Assembly: GCA_965645245.1 (NCBI GenBank)
Contig: OZ287077.1
Location: 1,426,001-1,490,000 of the forward strand
Length of the DNA stretch: 64,000 nucleotides
Source of the DNA: Massalongia carnosa
Lineage: Eukaryota
Reading direction: 5' to 3'
Below are positions 11,875 to 23,721 of this stretch, in pieces; the stretch's first letter is position 1, and every line of letters starts with the position of its first letter. The position numbers and the translations under genes were made by a program. The notes below the pieces were generated by a model. It worked only from the letters and a program-made list of their open reading frames with translations, did no database searches and was not told the DNA's origin.

Positions 11875-14800
11875 CTACGGACCGGGGGAACCTCTCATAA
11901 TATGCCTCAACGAAACTGGCACCAGGCTCCTTTTCTCCTCCTCGCCCCTAGCATAGACTTTCAAGCTCTTCCCCTTTTCTCCCACAATCGCAAACTCGGC
12001 GACCGTAGCGCCCGTGGCGTTAGGAAATGAACTGCCCAGGTTCCCCTGGATCTGAAGAGTTGCATAGCTGCTACTGTAGATAGGATGCTCGAGCGTGACG
12101 GACGTGGTGTTGCTGGAGTAGGGCGTGATGAGGTCGACGTCTTCAAGCTTGAAGGGAGCGCTGATGGCGATCTTGCGGGTTAAGGCCGTTACGGCGTTGC
12201 TAAGGTCGGTCGTGTTGTGGAAAAGCACGGTCACGGTTGCAGGGGGAACTTGGCCAAAGTCGAAGAAGAACCCAGTTACGAGCTGATATGGCAGACTCGC
12301 GAGCGAGACGGTGATGGATTGGGACTTGTTGGAAAACTTGGGCTCCCATTTCGTACTAGCGGCGCCGTCGACAGCGGAGATGGGGAACTGCCCGGGAAGA
12401 TACTCGTCCGGCGAGGTTACGGGGAGGCACTGGGCAATGTTTCCCGGTACGGTGGTGTTGTCAGCGATGCGACGGTTGGGCAGGACGAGAGTACCTAGGG
12501 GCTGAAGATGGTAGGTTTTTGATTCATCATTGCCAATTTGAATGGGAATGGACGCGTTGGCAAATGCATTATTTGCGGCTTCGTAAGGGATAGCAAGACG
12601 GGTGACGGTGGTATGGGTTTGGTTGGCTACAGCAGAGATGGGCCAGCCTTGCCAGTAAAAGGTGCGATACTTTAGATTCGGGATCTGCGGTGGTAAGTCA
12701 GGGTTGAGGTGTAAAATAAAGGAGGGGGTGAGCCGCAGTCCCAGGTAGCCGAATAGAGTTACTTGGTTCGCACCGCCGTGGCCGGTGAGGAAAGGATACG
12801 CAGGATGGGTACCACCGTTGGTGGTAAAGTCATCGGTGAGCTGTTCGCTAAAGAAGAACCATGGACCACGGGCATAGGGCTCTTCGGAGTATTGCTGATA
12901 CGTGTAGGAGGCACAACCAGAGGTCGCGACCTGGCTGAACGCTACGGAGAAGATCATGTAGGTCATTCCAGGGCCAGCGAGAGACTGTTTACCCGCGTAG
13001 TATTCAAGATCATTCAGCGAATCCTTAGCGGTGTAATTCCTTCGATAATTCAAGGGGAACGTGTCAAGGATCACATCGGCCTGCTTCACAGAAATGCCTC
13101 CGTTCATGCCAGTGTATTCCAATATGATGCCAGCATCGGCATTTCGGTCGACGAAAACATTGTCAGCCTGTGTCTTCCAGGTGGCGCTGGGAGCGACCCC
13201 GACGAGACTCCTGAACAGGTTGGCATTGTTGAGCGTGTCTTCGATCAACGGCATCGTAAATCCACCGTTGGAGACTAGCAACGTCGGGTTAGCTCTGACC
13301 TTCAACAAGTAAGCTCCATGTTCCTACCTCCATTCGCATATTCATCGGGATCGGTCATATTGCTCAAGGTATAAGCTGACCCGTTCTTCACCAGCAGCTC
13401 CGAATAGAACGTAGCGATCGAGTCGTAAACCGGGAACAAGGACTCCTTGAAGAATTTTGTGTCGCCCGAAACAACCCAATAGTTGGCAAACTCCTGGGCA
13501 ATGTCCCCATTAATGTGATATTCATAATCAAAACAGGGCCCGGTTCCGGTACAATTACCAAATCTTCCGCTGGTCCACGAGAATACAGCTGCGTCCTTGG
13601 AAAACTTCGTGTCATTTCTCGACGACTGATAGGCAGTCTGGGCATTGGCTTTTGCCTGAGCATACCTTTCGACACGGTATTTGGCAATCTGCTTCACGGC
13701 CCCAGGATGAGATGCTGCCAGACCCGGCTGCATCCAGATCTCGGCATCCCAAAACACAAGTCCTGCGTAAGAATCAGATGTCAACCCGCCAACGCTGATG
13801 GAGTTGGTATCAATTGGGGCGTTATCCGCAAAGGCCAGCGCGTTCTGACTGATGGTGTTCTGAAGCAGATAGTAGGGATTAAGAACGGCGGTGATGGCAG
13901 ACTCGATGATAAAACCGTCCGCCGGAAGAGTACCGTTCTCTGGGAAAGTATAATCATCCACGGAGTCCTCAGGAAATACCGTCGCCCATTCTCTGACATG
14001 AGAGATCATGGATCGATAGAATCCGGCGGTCAAAGCTTTAGATGATGCATCCTTGGCCACAGCTTTGGGATCCTTAAATCCATCCGAGGAAGCAGCGCCC
14101 ACAAATTTTGACACAACCGTGGTGTGGCCGGCTTTCAACGATGCAGTTGCCGCTTGGGCGATGCTGGAATCATTAACTCCAATGTATTGCTTATCCGAAA
14201 CCGTTTTCAGCGATAATGCATCCAACTCCGCCGATCCTTGAATGGTCGCATAGACGTACGCCGTCACATCTTTGATGCCTGTGGGTCTGACAGCAGTGTA
14301 GATCTGGGCCCCATCGGTTCCCTTTTCCACAAAATCTGTACGAACGGCACAGGTTCCATCCAGAACATTGACAATGGAGACATTGGTGTCCTTGGATGGC
14401 CGAATCTGCAATTGGACAAGGCCTTGATTGACATAAAGCTTGTGAGCGAAGGTAATGTACACTATGTCAAAGGAAATCCCGGATTTGACAGGAGCCCAGG
14501 TGAATTCCCACGTTGTGACACCCGCTTTGGCATCCAAGGTCGATCGGAAGTGAGAGATTGTACTGCTACTCACGGAGGCATCAAGGTATTCGCCATTGCC
14601 AAGATCCACGACCAGGCCGCCCCAATGGGGAATACCACTAATCACACTTTCGCCGCCGTATTGGTTGAGCCAAGGGAAATTCGTCCCATTGGTCGTCGGT
14701 TGCGAGTCAAAGAAGCCGGAGATGGTCGCGAATGTCTGTCGGCGACTGAACAACGGCCATCCATTAATATTATCACCATTCACAGGAGTATCAATTTCAA

Positions 14801-15083
14801 AGAATGGGCCCACAGCGGCAACATTAATTCCCAGATAGCCATTTGCAATGGCCATGCGCGACTGGTAATGACCCTGATCTAGGTTGGTGGTCTGGACCTG
14901 CCATGATGAACTATCCCACGTCACACCTGGGAAGCGAGTCGTATAGGTTAAGGACGTGGAAACGGTTGACCGGCGAGTTTCTTGAACTGAACGAGCGATG
15001 TGCTCATGTACCGGCACAGCGTTGATTGGAAGGGTCAGAAGGAAGCCCAACAGTGTCACCGCGTACGACCGCAGGGAATGCAT
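11875..15083 (-). CDS. ATH1: Secreted acid trehalase (GH65), 2 exons
   Basis: Signal peptide MHSLRSYAVTLLGFLLTLP; GHYQSRMAIANGYLG, GLTSDSYAGLVFWDAEIWMQPG, DYEYHINGDI, TDPDEYAN, VKQADV, HPAYPFLTGHGG. Intron 13275-13327 joins ANG|VSNGGFT. Confidence 0.93.
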
Positions 15084-15621
15084 GATGTTTATGGAGGATA
15101 AGGCTTGGACGCAGCGGCAAATCAGACCAGTCTCATTGGGTGTCAAGTGGCCCTGCGAACTGCTGCTTACCTGCTGGCAAAACGAGACAAATGAACGAGC
15201 AGGAGAGGTAGACGAGGGAAAAAGTAGGGAGTTATGAATGACGGAATCCAGTTGGAGGCGGAGGAAGTTATTGAGGAGATGGTACAATAGCCTCAGGTAG
15301 CTCCTACAGGCCCAGGCTAGGAGCAAGAGCAGGAGGTGTGGCGTCATTGATCTCCAGCCCATGTTTGCTGTGGTATTAAGTATGTAGTATGTAATGTATC
15401 AACGGATGAAGGTATGAAGGTATGAACGATGCTGCAGTTGGCCCACCGGCCGTCGTGTTAACTAGCGCGTGTGTTACCGTTTACCATTACCGTTACCGTT
15501 ACCTTAAGTCTGGAACAGTTTACTGGCAGGACTGCTGCATGTACCGATATGCGGGTGCGGTAATTTCGTCAGGAGGTTGCGGGATTAACTTTCTCCGAAC
15601 GGTCGAGCCTGAACGGTTGAA

Positions 15622-15669
15622 AGCGTGGAGCGTGGAGCGTGCAGCGTGCAGCGTGCAGCGTGCAGCGTG
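15622..15669. repeat. (AGCGTGG/AGCGTGC)n 7-mer tandem repeat upstream of trehalase
   Basis: About 7 units read directly. A (GGCAAACTC)x3 repeat lies at approx. 15968-15994. Confidence 0.85.
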
Positions 15670-16350
15670 AGGACTCGAAACTCATTTGCCCCTCAGCTAG
15701 CGTCGATTTTGGAAGTGGAACAAGGCTAGAAATCGCCAAAAAGGCGGGGTAGCGTGGGGACCGCCCGACGCTGACGGACATAAGATGGTACCTAACACGC
15801 ATCTCCCAGCCCGCCAGGCACCATCGATCACCCTGATTACCCTAGTCCCCCAACTGCCCGCCAAGAAAAGGGGTGGTCCAGAGTCCTTTATACGTCACAG
15901 AGTGATCGCTTTCAAGCTAAAGCAGCTCGCTACTCTACTAAACCCCACCCCCCGTGACCATGAACAAGGCAAACTCGGCAAACTCGGCAAACTCGGACAT
16001 CGTGACATGACATCGTCCTTGTCTAGCTGCAAATATCTTAGCGTCGGACACAATGGCACGATACCTCCTCCGAGGTTCTGATTTCCGATTTCCGAAGTCA
16101 GCGTTTGCATCGTCCTCATGATCTCGAGAGATCTTCGATTCGTTCCCGTGGCCTAGTCATCTAGATTCCCACTAATACCTCCATCATGAACCAAACACCA
16201 GTGCTGCCTGCATGTGGAATCATTAGAGAACGAGAACCCCATGGTTTGGCTCCGGGTTGGTTTCCTGCAGCTCACCCAACAGACCTGGTCCGCAGCACGG
16301 GGACTGGCTGACCTGCATCTCGTTCGTAAATTTCCGCCTTTATGATCAAG

Positions 16351-17447
16351 TCACTCATCTTCTTCCCCCTCTTCATCTTGGTCCTCAGTCTCCACAACCT
16401 CTTGCGATGCGACAGTCCTTTTCTTCTTTGCGACAGCACTCATCCCGCTTCTCCTCTTCCCCTGCAAGTTTTTCTCGGTGGTAGTGACGACTCGCTCACC
16501 CACGAAACACTTGTTATCATTCCAGTCCGTCTTGCACAAGGGGCAATTGGTTGCTTTGTGTACCCGGAAGAACTTGTCCGTACATATGTCATGCAGCCGA
16601 CACGGACAGGTGAGTTTCGGACATCGCTGGCCCTAATAACATATGAGTAGAGAACGCCTGACATGCCAAACCAACACTGACCACAGTAATGATTTCTTTG
16701 CACGCGAAGCATAGCTTGATCCTCATGGTCTGGTCATCCTCGTCGTCCTCTTCGTCGTTGTAGGTGTCGATGAGCCAACCTCTCAACTCCATCAGCGCTC
16801 GTGGGCTTAGACTGTAATATCCAGCCTGGCTTTTCTCAAACCAACCCTCCGCGACTAAACTTTTAAGCACCTTCTCGGCCTGCACCATCGTAAGGCTCTG
16901 GCTCGCGCTCGCTTGCGTTGCGGAACCATGCTGTGTCTCGGTCGATCGATCGGCGGATGCTTTTGCAAGTTGAATGGCGTTTGTGGAAGTAATGGCCATG
17001 ATCTCGCGACGAGGGGTGTTATAAGTTTCGAATATGGCATCCAGAACTCGCTTCAGGTAACTAATTTCATCCGCGGTATAGGAAGTAGCAAGCTGGGTGA
17101 TCGGATCGTCCGTAGAATTGATCAATGCATAGATTCGTTTTCGCGTAGTTTGATGCTCGGTACTGCGAATCTCGAGATCGGACGAGGATATGGCCTGGTT
17201 GGCAGCTGCGATATATGAACTGAAATCGGCTTCTGTGACTTCCTTTGGGAGAACCTTGCGTCTTTCTACCTGACGGTCAGCATACCTGTAGGTACCGCCA
17301 TCGAGCAGAGGAATTCAGACCATGCGCGGTGAAAATAGCCGCGAGGATGGGCTTGGCTTCATCGAACGTGAGCGTTGAGCGAGCTAGGAAAGCCTGGAGG
17401 AATGCACGATTGCTGTCGTTGTATTGCAAATCTCCTTCATCCGCCAT
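16351..17447 (-). CDS. NSE1: Smc5/6 complex subunit Nse1 (winged helix plus RING-like domain)
   Basis: YNDSNRAFLQAFLARSTLTF, NSTDDPITQLATSYTADEISYLKRVLDAIF, EGWFEKS..GYYSLSPRALMELRGWL, C-terminal CFACKEIIT...CPLCKTDW..FVGERV. Introns near 17267-17321 and within approx. 16540-16684. Confidence 0.9.
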
Positions 17448-17602
17448 TGCGATCGTAAATTGAAATTCTACTGACGAATAGACTTCAGTCCAGCTCGTCC
17501 TCCGCTAATAAGTCGATTTCAGTGGGCATAGCAGAAGAGGTAGAGGCTACCTCGTCAAATGTTGAATTGTGTGGCCTGTAGCTGAACTTTTTTGTAGATT
17601 TG

Positions 17603-17608
17603 ACGCGT
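17603..17608. promoter_or_regulatory. Possible MCB element (ACGCGT) upstream of NSE1
   Basis: ACGCGT about 155 bp upstream of a DNA-repair gene; a single hexamer, so weak. Confidence 0.3.
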
Positions 17609-18478
17609 CCATGAACTGAAATTTATCATATTTTCTCTGTTATTCTTTTGACTCATTACAAAGTCAAAGTTTTGTTGCGATCTTAAATACAATTCATGGC
17701 ATAGTCTTTGCATACTTATACATTTTACAAGGCTGGCAAGAGCTGTTTCTTACACGGTTATTCCGCCCTTGGATTGACCGAATTCCGCCTCTCGTTGGAG
17801 AATCTATCAGCGTTTGTTGATAATATGGATATTAATGTATATCCTAAACTCACATCAAAATGCAGCGCAATCCTACGAGCGGAATGGGTCAAAAGGGAAG
17901 CAGCCAACATGTGTTCCAGACTATAACCCACAGCCCAACCCAGGCATTTGTTTCTGTTGCTAACAAGATGAAGTCCAGCCAAACAGAGTCACCTTGGATG
18001 TACGGTCTTTTTACTGCTATAGCTTATGCATCTAAGACCAGTTTAGTGGACCCTAGATTTAAAGATATTGCCCACCCCACACAATCCATAAAACGAGACA
18101 CAGGTTCAAAAAGAAAATGGAGGGTTTCCTACGCTGATTAGCTATGGGGGCTCGGAAGTACAGGGAATGAGCTTTGAAGTGGAGAATGAAGAAACGCTTC
18201 TAGGTCTTAACTAATACGAGGACCTTCCTCCACCAGTTTGTTGGCGGTCATTCAACATTGGGACTGAGGGTGAGCAAGAGGTATCAAGAGCGATGCATGG
18301 GCGGGTGGCCCAACGAGCAGAGAGCTTGAAGATAGCAGTTTCAAAATGGTACAGTTTGAGACGCATAATTTGATACAAAACTCGAGCGTATAGCTTGAAG
18401 ATCAAAATACAAACAACGGAGCGATCAGAACTTCCACAGTCTCTCACTATCATAACCCAGCCATGACTATATCCTTGG

Positions 18479-18946
18479 CTAATCTGACTTTATGTCGACT
18501 TTGCTCTTATCTGCTACGATGTCAGTTCAAATTCTCATGGCTTGACCTGTCTCCCATGAGGTATCCCGGAGCACCTACAGAACGCGACGTGGTCCTTGAT
18601 ATGCTTGGCCTTATCCTTTGGCTCGGGGTAATACCAGGCTGAGTCCTTTGCCTCTTCGCCTTTGCGTTGTTTAACAGAGGCCGCCAGAGCAGCAAAGGAG
18701 TGTTGACGTACCATCCACGCTGATACTGTAGTAAGAGGCTTCCCCCTTCCATGGGCAAGGTGTGTGGGTATTTGTTTTGGTCAGGACAGATTGATCAACG
18801 GAGCTAGGTGGGAACTTTCTCGGTCGGCGTCATTGCTTGAGTTTTCGTTGTGTCTCTTCTCTTACATAAATGTTTCCTTCAACGTTCTCCCACGTGTCTG
18901 TCTCTGCGATGACTTTCCCATTGAAGGTTGCGGTAGCGTGAGGCAT
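18479..18946 (-). CDS. DUF427 (NTP_transf_9-like) domain protein, 98 aa, 4 exons
   Basis: Exons 18946-18866, 18814-18712, 18659-18579 and 18510-18479 total 297 nt and translate MPHATATFNGKVIAETDTWENVEGNIYFPPSSVDQSVLTKTNTHTPCPWKGEASYYSISVDGEEAKDSAWYYPEPKDKAKHIKDHVAFYKSKVDIKSD. VEGNxYFP, CPWKGxASYY and AWYYPEP are DUF427 hallmarks. Confidence 0.9.
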
Positions 18947-21631
18947 ATTGGAATTATAATAGCGGGATCACAAGTATGTTTCTGGTATAAATCTTCTCCT
19001 CGGAAGCTTGGCGGTTATAAGAATCAAGAATTTAGGGGGGACTTGTTGTCTGGTTATATATCTCACCTACCTTATGTTATTTTATCAGCGTTTGGTTCTT
19101 AGATCTAAATGCCGTGATTTCAACGAATGCTCACTGTTCAGTGGATCGCTACTTCATTCTATTTCTCATAGGCTTGTAGATGCATGAATCTGCAGGATGA
19201 GGAATCATTCCGAAGGCGAAGGAGCCAGAAATCCTTCCAACTTCAAGCCTCAACTACCCCGCCTTGTATGCAAGCTTATCCGGTAGTACGGCGGACTGTG
19301 GGTATCAACCCCTTGTAACGACAATTTCAATCATAATCTTTTCACATTTCAAAAATCAACCCATAATTTCTGAATATGTTATAGTATGGAGTACCATATG
19401 AGTAGCAAATCAAGTAGCAGTAGATTGACAGCATATGGAATAACAAATAAAGCAGCTGTATGGATAACAAATGCAGTCCTACACAATCATTATGTACTAC
19501 TCCTCATGTGCTACTTCAATTGCTATCCATACAACACCTAATATAGTGGCTCATCTATTGCTTTATTTGTTGCTTTATCAGTTTCTTTAAATTTAACATG
19601 TCATCTGTTTCAACGTTAGTTAGAGCGGCCCAATTTTACAATACATATCAAACACTCCTTCAAACGCCTATCTATGACATGATTTAATTAAAATACCCTG
19701 GATGAACTCCGAGAGTCTAAAGTTCGTTAGCTCGTTGACTTTTTCAAGTCGAGGTTATCATTCAGCTTGGATTTTTCTGCGATCGAAGATGAGCTATGTG
19801 AGCGACGGAGAGATTCTACCTAATGCAGGTTTCATTCATCCCGCTGCTGACAAAGTAGAATCTTTAATCAATGCGGCGAATTCAATTATGATCCGATGAT
19901 TTTGGTCTCCTTTCATATATGGTGCTGGGCGTATAGAGGAAAGACTTAGTCTCATCGTTTCAATTACGATCATAAATCAGGTTTCAAGCAGAACCTCGTA
20001 CATATGCAATTCACAAAGGAAACCGCTGGAATAGCTTTATTGACGCTCATATGCCTTTCCAAAGGGACTTTTCTGGTATGAACTAGCTGATCTGATCCTT
20101 ATTTTGAAACATTCTAAAGCCATTGTTAGCATGAAGACAAAGGCTGTATATTGTCGAGCACTCAGTCCATTTTTTTGGGGTTCAATTATTTTGGAATTTA
20201 TTCATCTCACTATCATGATAAAACGGGAAAACTGGCCTTGATAGAAGACACCTTTTTTATAGGGTTCCCGCCTTATAAAACGCCTAGAACAACCTTTCCA
20301 ATGTGCGAGATTTCCATATTTATCCCGGCTACTTGGAGGGACATATATTTTATAGGGATTCGTGTATAAGGGAGAGTTAAGGGGAGCGTAAGAAGTGCAT
20401 ATTCTGATTTAATTATGAGCAATTAACTAATGATGTGCATAAAGTACTCGGGTGCTGTTAGACATCATATAAAGGAGGTGCTTAATACAATCCTTATTTT
20501 AGTATGATTGGAGGTCATCCCAATCCTGATGGGATTCTCCGGGTAAATAGTAGGGAAGAAGCTTTTCTAGACAGGCTCAGCGAAGTTCCCGAGCGACAGA
20601 AGGCAAATGCCGAAACTCAGAACGCGCAGCTTGATGACCTCTCAGGTTCCAAGTCTCCGAGCAATAGCTTTTCTTTAGCACCAATGTGGTGAGCTTCATT
20701 GACTCCGACTCGCTCCCCGACGCTTCGAACGTAGGATCAACATCCACCAAGCACATCGATGGGCCTACGGTTGATCTGTCGAGCTCGACTGCTAATCTGA
20801 ATAGTCTGGGCGACCAGGCGGAGGGCAATTTGTTCTTCAACGATGGCAACCCGTTAAATATTCGACGTTATTCGAATTGTCGGTCTCAATCAATTCGCAA
20901 ATCTCGACGTAAAGTCGATTGAACGGCATTTCACAGAAGAGAAGGATCGCGCAAAGCATCATGTTAAGAGAAAGTGAGTTAGTCAAATAGGTTTCTCTTT
21001 CTGAAATGAAGATATGTAGGAAACAAGAAGAGCTGGATAAAATAATCTTGTCTGCAGCAATCGCGTTTCCCTTTAGGCTACCGAATCCTACTAACAATCA
21101 TTGTTTACTAATGATGTATCCACCTTCTCAATCAACACGCTCGTACGCTGCACCAAGCATATTCTCAATTCGTTTCATCTTATGCTGAAGCCTTCTAGCA
21201 AATCAACTGTAGTATCTACTTTCCCACTATTTGTTACCTAGGAGCAGACTTCTTTCCTGAAGATACTGTTGTCAGGGGATAAACTGGGTGGTGTGTGTAG
21301 GCGAGTCTTTGGTATCGTCGCTGGGTCATCATAAGGAAAGCAACAAACGATCAAATCAGGTCGTCATATAGCTACATAATGACTGACTAGCTGACTAGCT
21401 GAACGGATGAAGGGATGAAAAGATCAGAAGATGGGTGCTCGGGAACTATAAGTTCCTGCTCAGGTGGTTATGTGACTGCCGATGGTTGGTGCTTAGTAGC
21501 ACTAGTTCTCTGACCATGCACCCGCGCCGTCAACACACCTGTCATCTAATCACCTGGTGGAGGTCCACACCACACCTTCACATAGCTCCCCTCAGCACAT
21601 AGGTGTCGTCCCATAAAACCGAAAACAAATA

Positions 21632-23628
21632 CAGTCAGATCGGGTTATAAGAAACTGCTGATTAAGAAACCTCGGCTAGTAAGAAACTCGGACGAAAAGA
21701 CCGGTTCTTTTCTGGTGAGGATAAGAAACCTCGCTCTATTAGAAAGTTTATTAACTTTCTCTAAAAAATTTGCGGTGGTTTCTTATAGTAAATATGACTT
21801 CTCCTTCGACCTCTTTGAGATATAATAGTCAAAATTCGGAGATTTCATCTTCTTCATCTCGAAATTCTCGAAAACGTCCTTCATCCCCGCTTTCTCTCAG
21901 AGAGAGAAGCAGAAAAAAGCGTGACGTCTTTACCGACGATCAACGACGAGCATTACGACAGCGTTATCAAGATCCTGCTGTATCTGGAGATGACAAGAAA
22001 TACGAAAAACTGGTCGTTTGGTTTGACAATCTTTACCCTCATAAAATTGACAAAGGACAAGTTTCCAAAATCCTTTCACATAAATGAGCTCATCTGGATA
22101 CATCTCACGCATTGCTACGCCCGAATCTGAAGAAAATTCGAACTGCACATTGGCCTGAATTAGAAACGGCCTTATTTGAGTGGCAACAGCGCATGCAACG
22201 CAAAAGAGCGCCTTTGTCGGGCGATTTGTTAAGAGAAATGGCCTTGAAATTTTGGAAACGATTGCCTCTGTACTGTAATCAATCATCTCCCAGATTCTCT
22301 ATTGGATGGCTGAATTCTTTCAAAAGAAGATACAAGATTACAAAACATAGACAACACGGCGAGCTCGGCTCCGTCAAGCGTTTGGAGGTTGAAGAAGAGC
22401 TAGAAGTAATACGAGTACAGCTATTATCATACGATCAGGAAGATATCTACAACATGGATGAAACTGCGTTATTTTAGAAGGCTACACTCAGTACTACATT
22501 GGCTACGGAACAGCTCCCAGGCGGCAAGGTGGAAAAAGCGAGAATTACTGCAAATTTCTGTTGCAATGCTACTGAAACTCACAAGCTTCTCATATGATTC
22601 ATTGAGACGGCCAAAAATTCGCGTGCTTTTGATTCACAGGATGTTCACGCTTGTAACCTGCATATGATATGACGCAGTAACAGCAGAGCTTGAATGTCGG
22701 GCGATATATTTCGAAAGTATTTACGCTGGTTTAATGACAACGTAAGTCGTAAGGTTGTATTGTTAATTGACAATTTTTCAGCTCATCAAAGCGGCTGGAA
22801 TATCATAATCGCTGAAGGTGGTTTATTCAATGTTAGCGTTATATTTCTGTCAGTCGATGCTATCAGCTTATGCCAGCCGCTGGATCAGGGTATTATAAGC
22901 GCTTTCAAGGCTCATTACAGACAACGCTGGCTAGAGTACATGGCCTCCGAATACGACGCAGATAGGGAGCCGTTAAAAACCATCAACGTACTGATGACAA
23001 TACGTTGGTGCGTAGCCGCCTCGAATTACGGTGTTACTCAGTTAACTATCTCTAATTGTTGGCTGAAATCCCGTGTAATCGGGGCAAAATATGGGCCAAT
23101 GACTCGAGAAGAGGCGGAGAAATATGGCTATTTCAAAGAGACTCGGGCGCAAGAGCAAGAAACGGAGCAACGACTACAGATACAAGCTACAATACGGCGT
23201 TTGAAAGGTCGTGGTCATATACAAAGCGCCATGCGTATTGGCGAATTTCTGAACCCTGTTGAAGAGGTGGTAGAGGATACCGAAGAGGATTTAGAGGATC
23301 ACATCGTTGCTATATATGGTGAGGAGGTCATTGTATCACGTGCTCAAAACAAGGACGCTCTGTGAGCTCTTGAAACGTTACGGTTATATGAGGAGCAACG
23401 AGAGGTCGGTGACGATGATTTGATACGTCGTCTGAATCGTAAAGAGTGGGATATCAGGACCTCAATGGCGATTAGCTCTAGGCAAGCTGTAATGACGGAT
23501 TTCTTTGCCATTAGGTAGTCGATAGGTGTAGTCTTGAAAATATGCCAAGAATTTTGATATTAGAAACCTCGCTTAATAAGAAACCTAGGTGCTACGATTT
23601 TGGAGTTTCTTATAACCCGATCTGACTG
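21632..23628 (+). mobile_element. Full-length pogo/Tigger-like (Tc1/mariner superfamily) DNA transposon, 1997 bp
   Basis: Perfect 25-bp TIRs CAGTCAGATCGGGTTATAAGAAACT (21632-21656 and 23604-23628), flanked by TA on both sides, with subterminal TAAGAAAC repeats. Confidence 0.95.
21794..23518 (+). pseudogene. pogo-type transposase (CENP-B HTH + DDE_1) with six in-frame stops
   Basis: One uninterrupted frame of 575 codons: HWPELETALFEW, FSIGWLNSFKRRY, YNMDETALF, LLIDNFSAH, QPLDQGII (37 residues between D2 and D3). Stops at 22085, 22475, 22595, 22670, 22691 and 23363. Confidence 0.92.
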
Positions 23629-23721
23629 TACTACACCTCACCATTGGGCCAGCGTTAACAGGAATCGAACCTATTGTGATAATTTAGGCAATTTTAGTAC
23701 GCTTGGCTCCGTAAGCCTAGG

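Noticed and set aside
15084..15362. N-terminal 93-aa extension of the trehalase ORF
   Set aside because: It starts at a non-ATG codon, and the signal peptide begins at ATG 15083.
21640..21745. Spaced TAAGAAAC repeats resembling a CRISPR-like array
   Set aside because: Short, irregular, subterminal to a TIR element in a eukaryote; most likely transposase-binding repeats.
22085..22693. TGA at Trp positions as an alternative genetic code or readthrough
   Set aside because: Neighbouring genes use TGA as stop and TGG for Trp, and the same element also has TAG and other transition damage.
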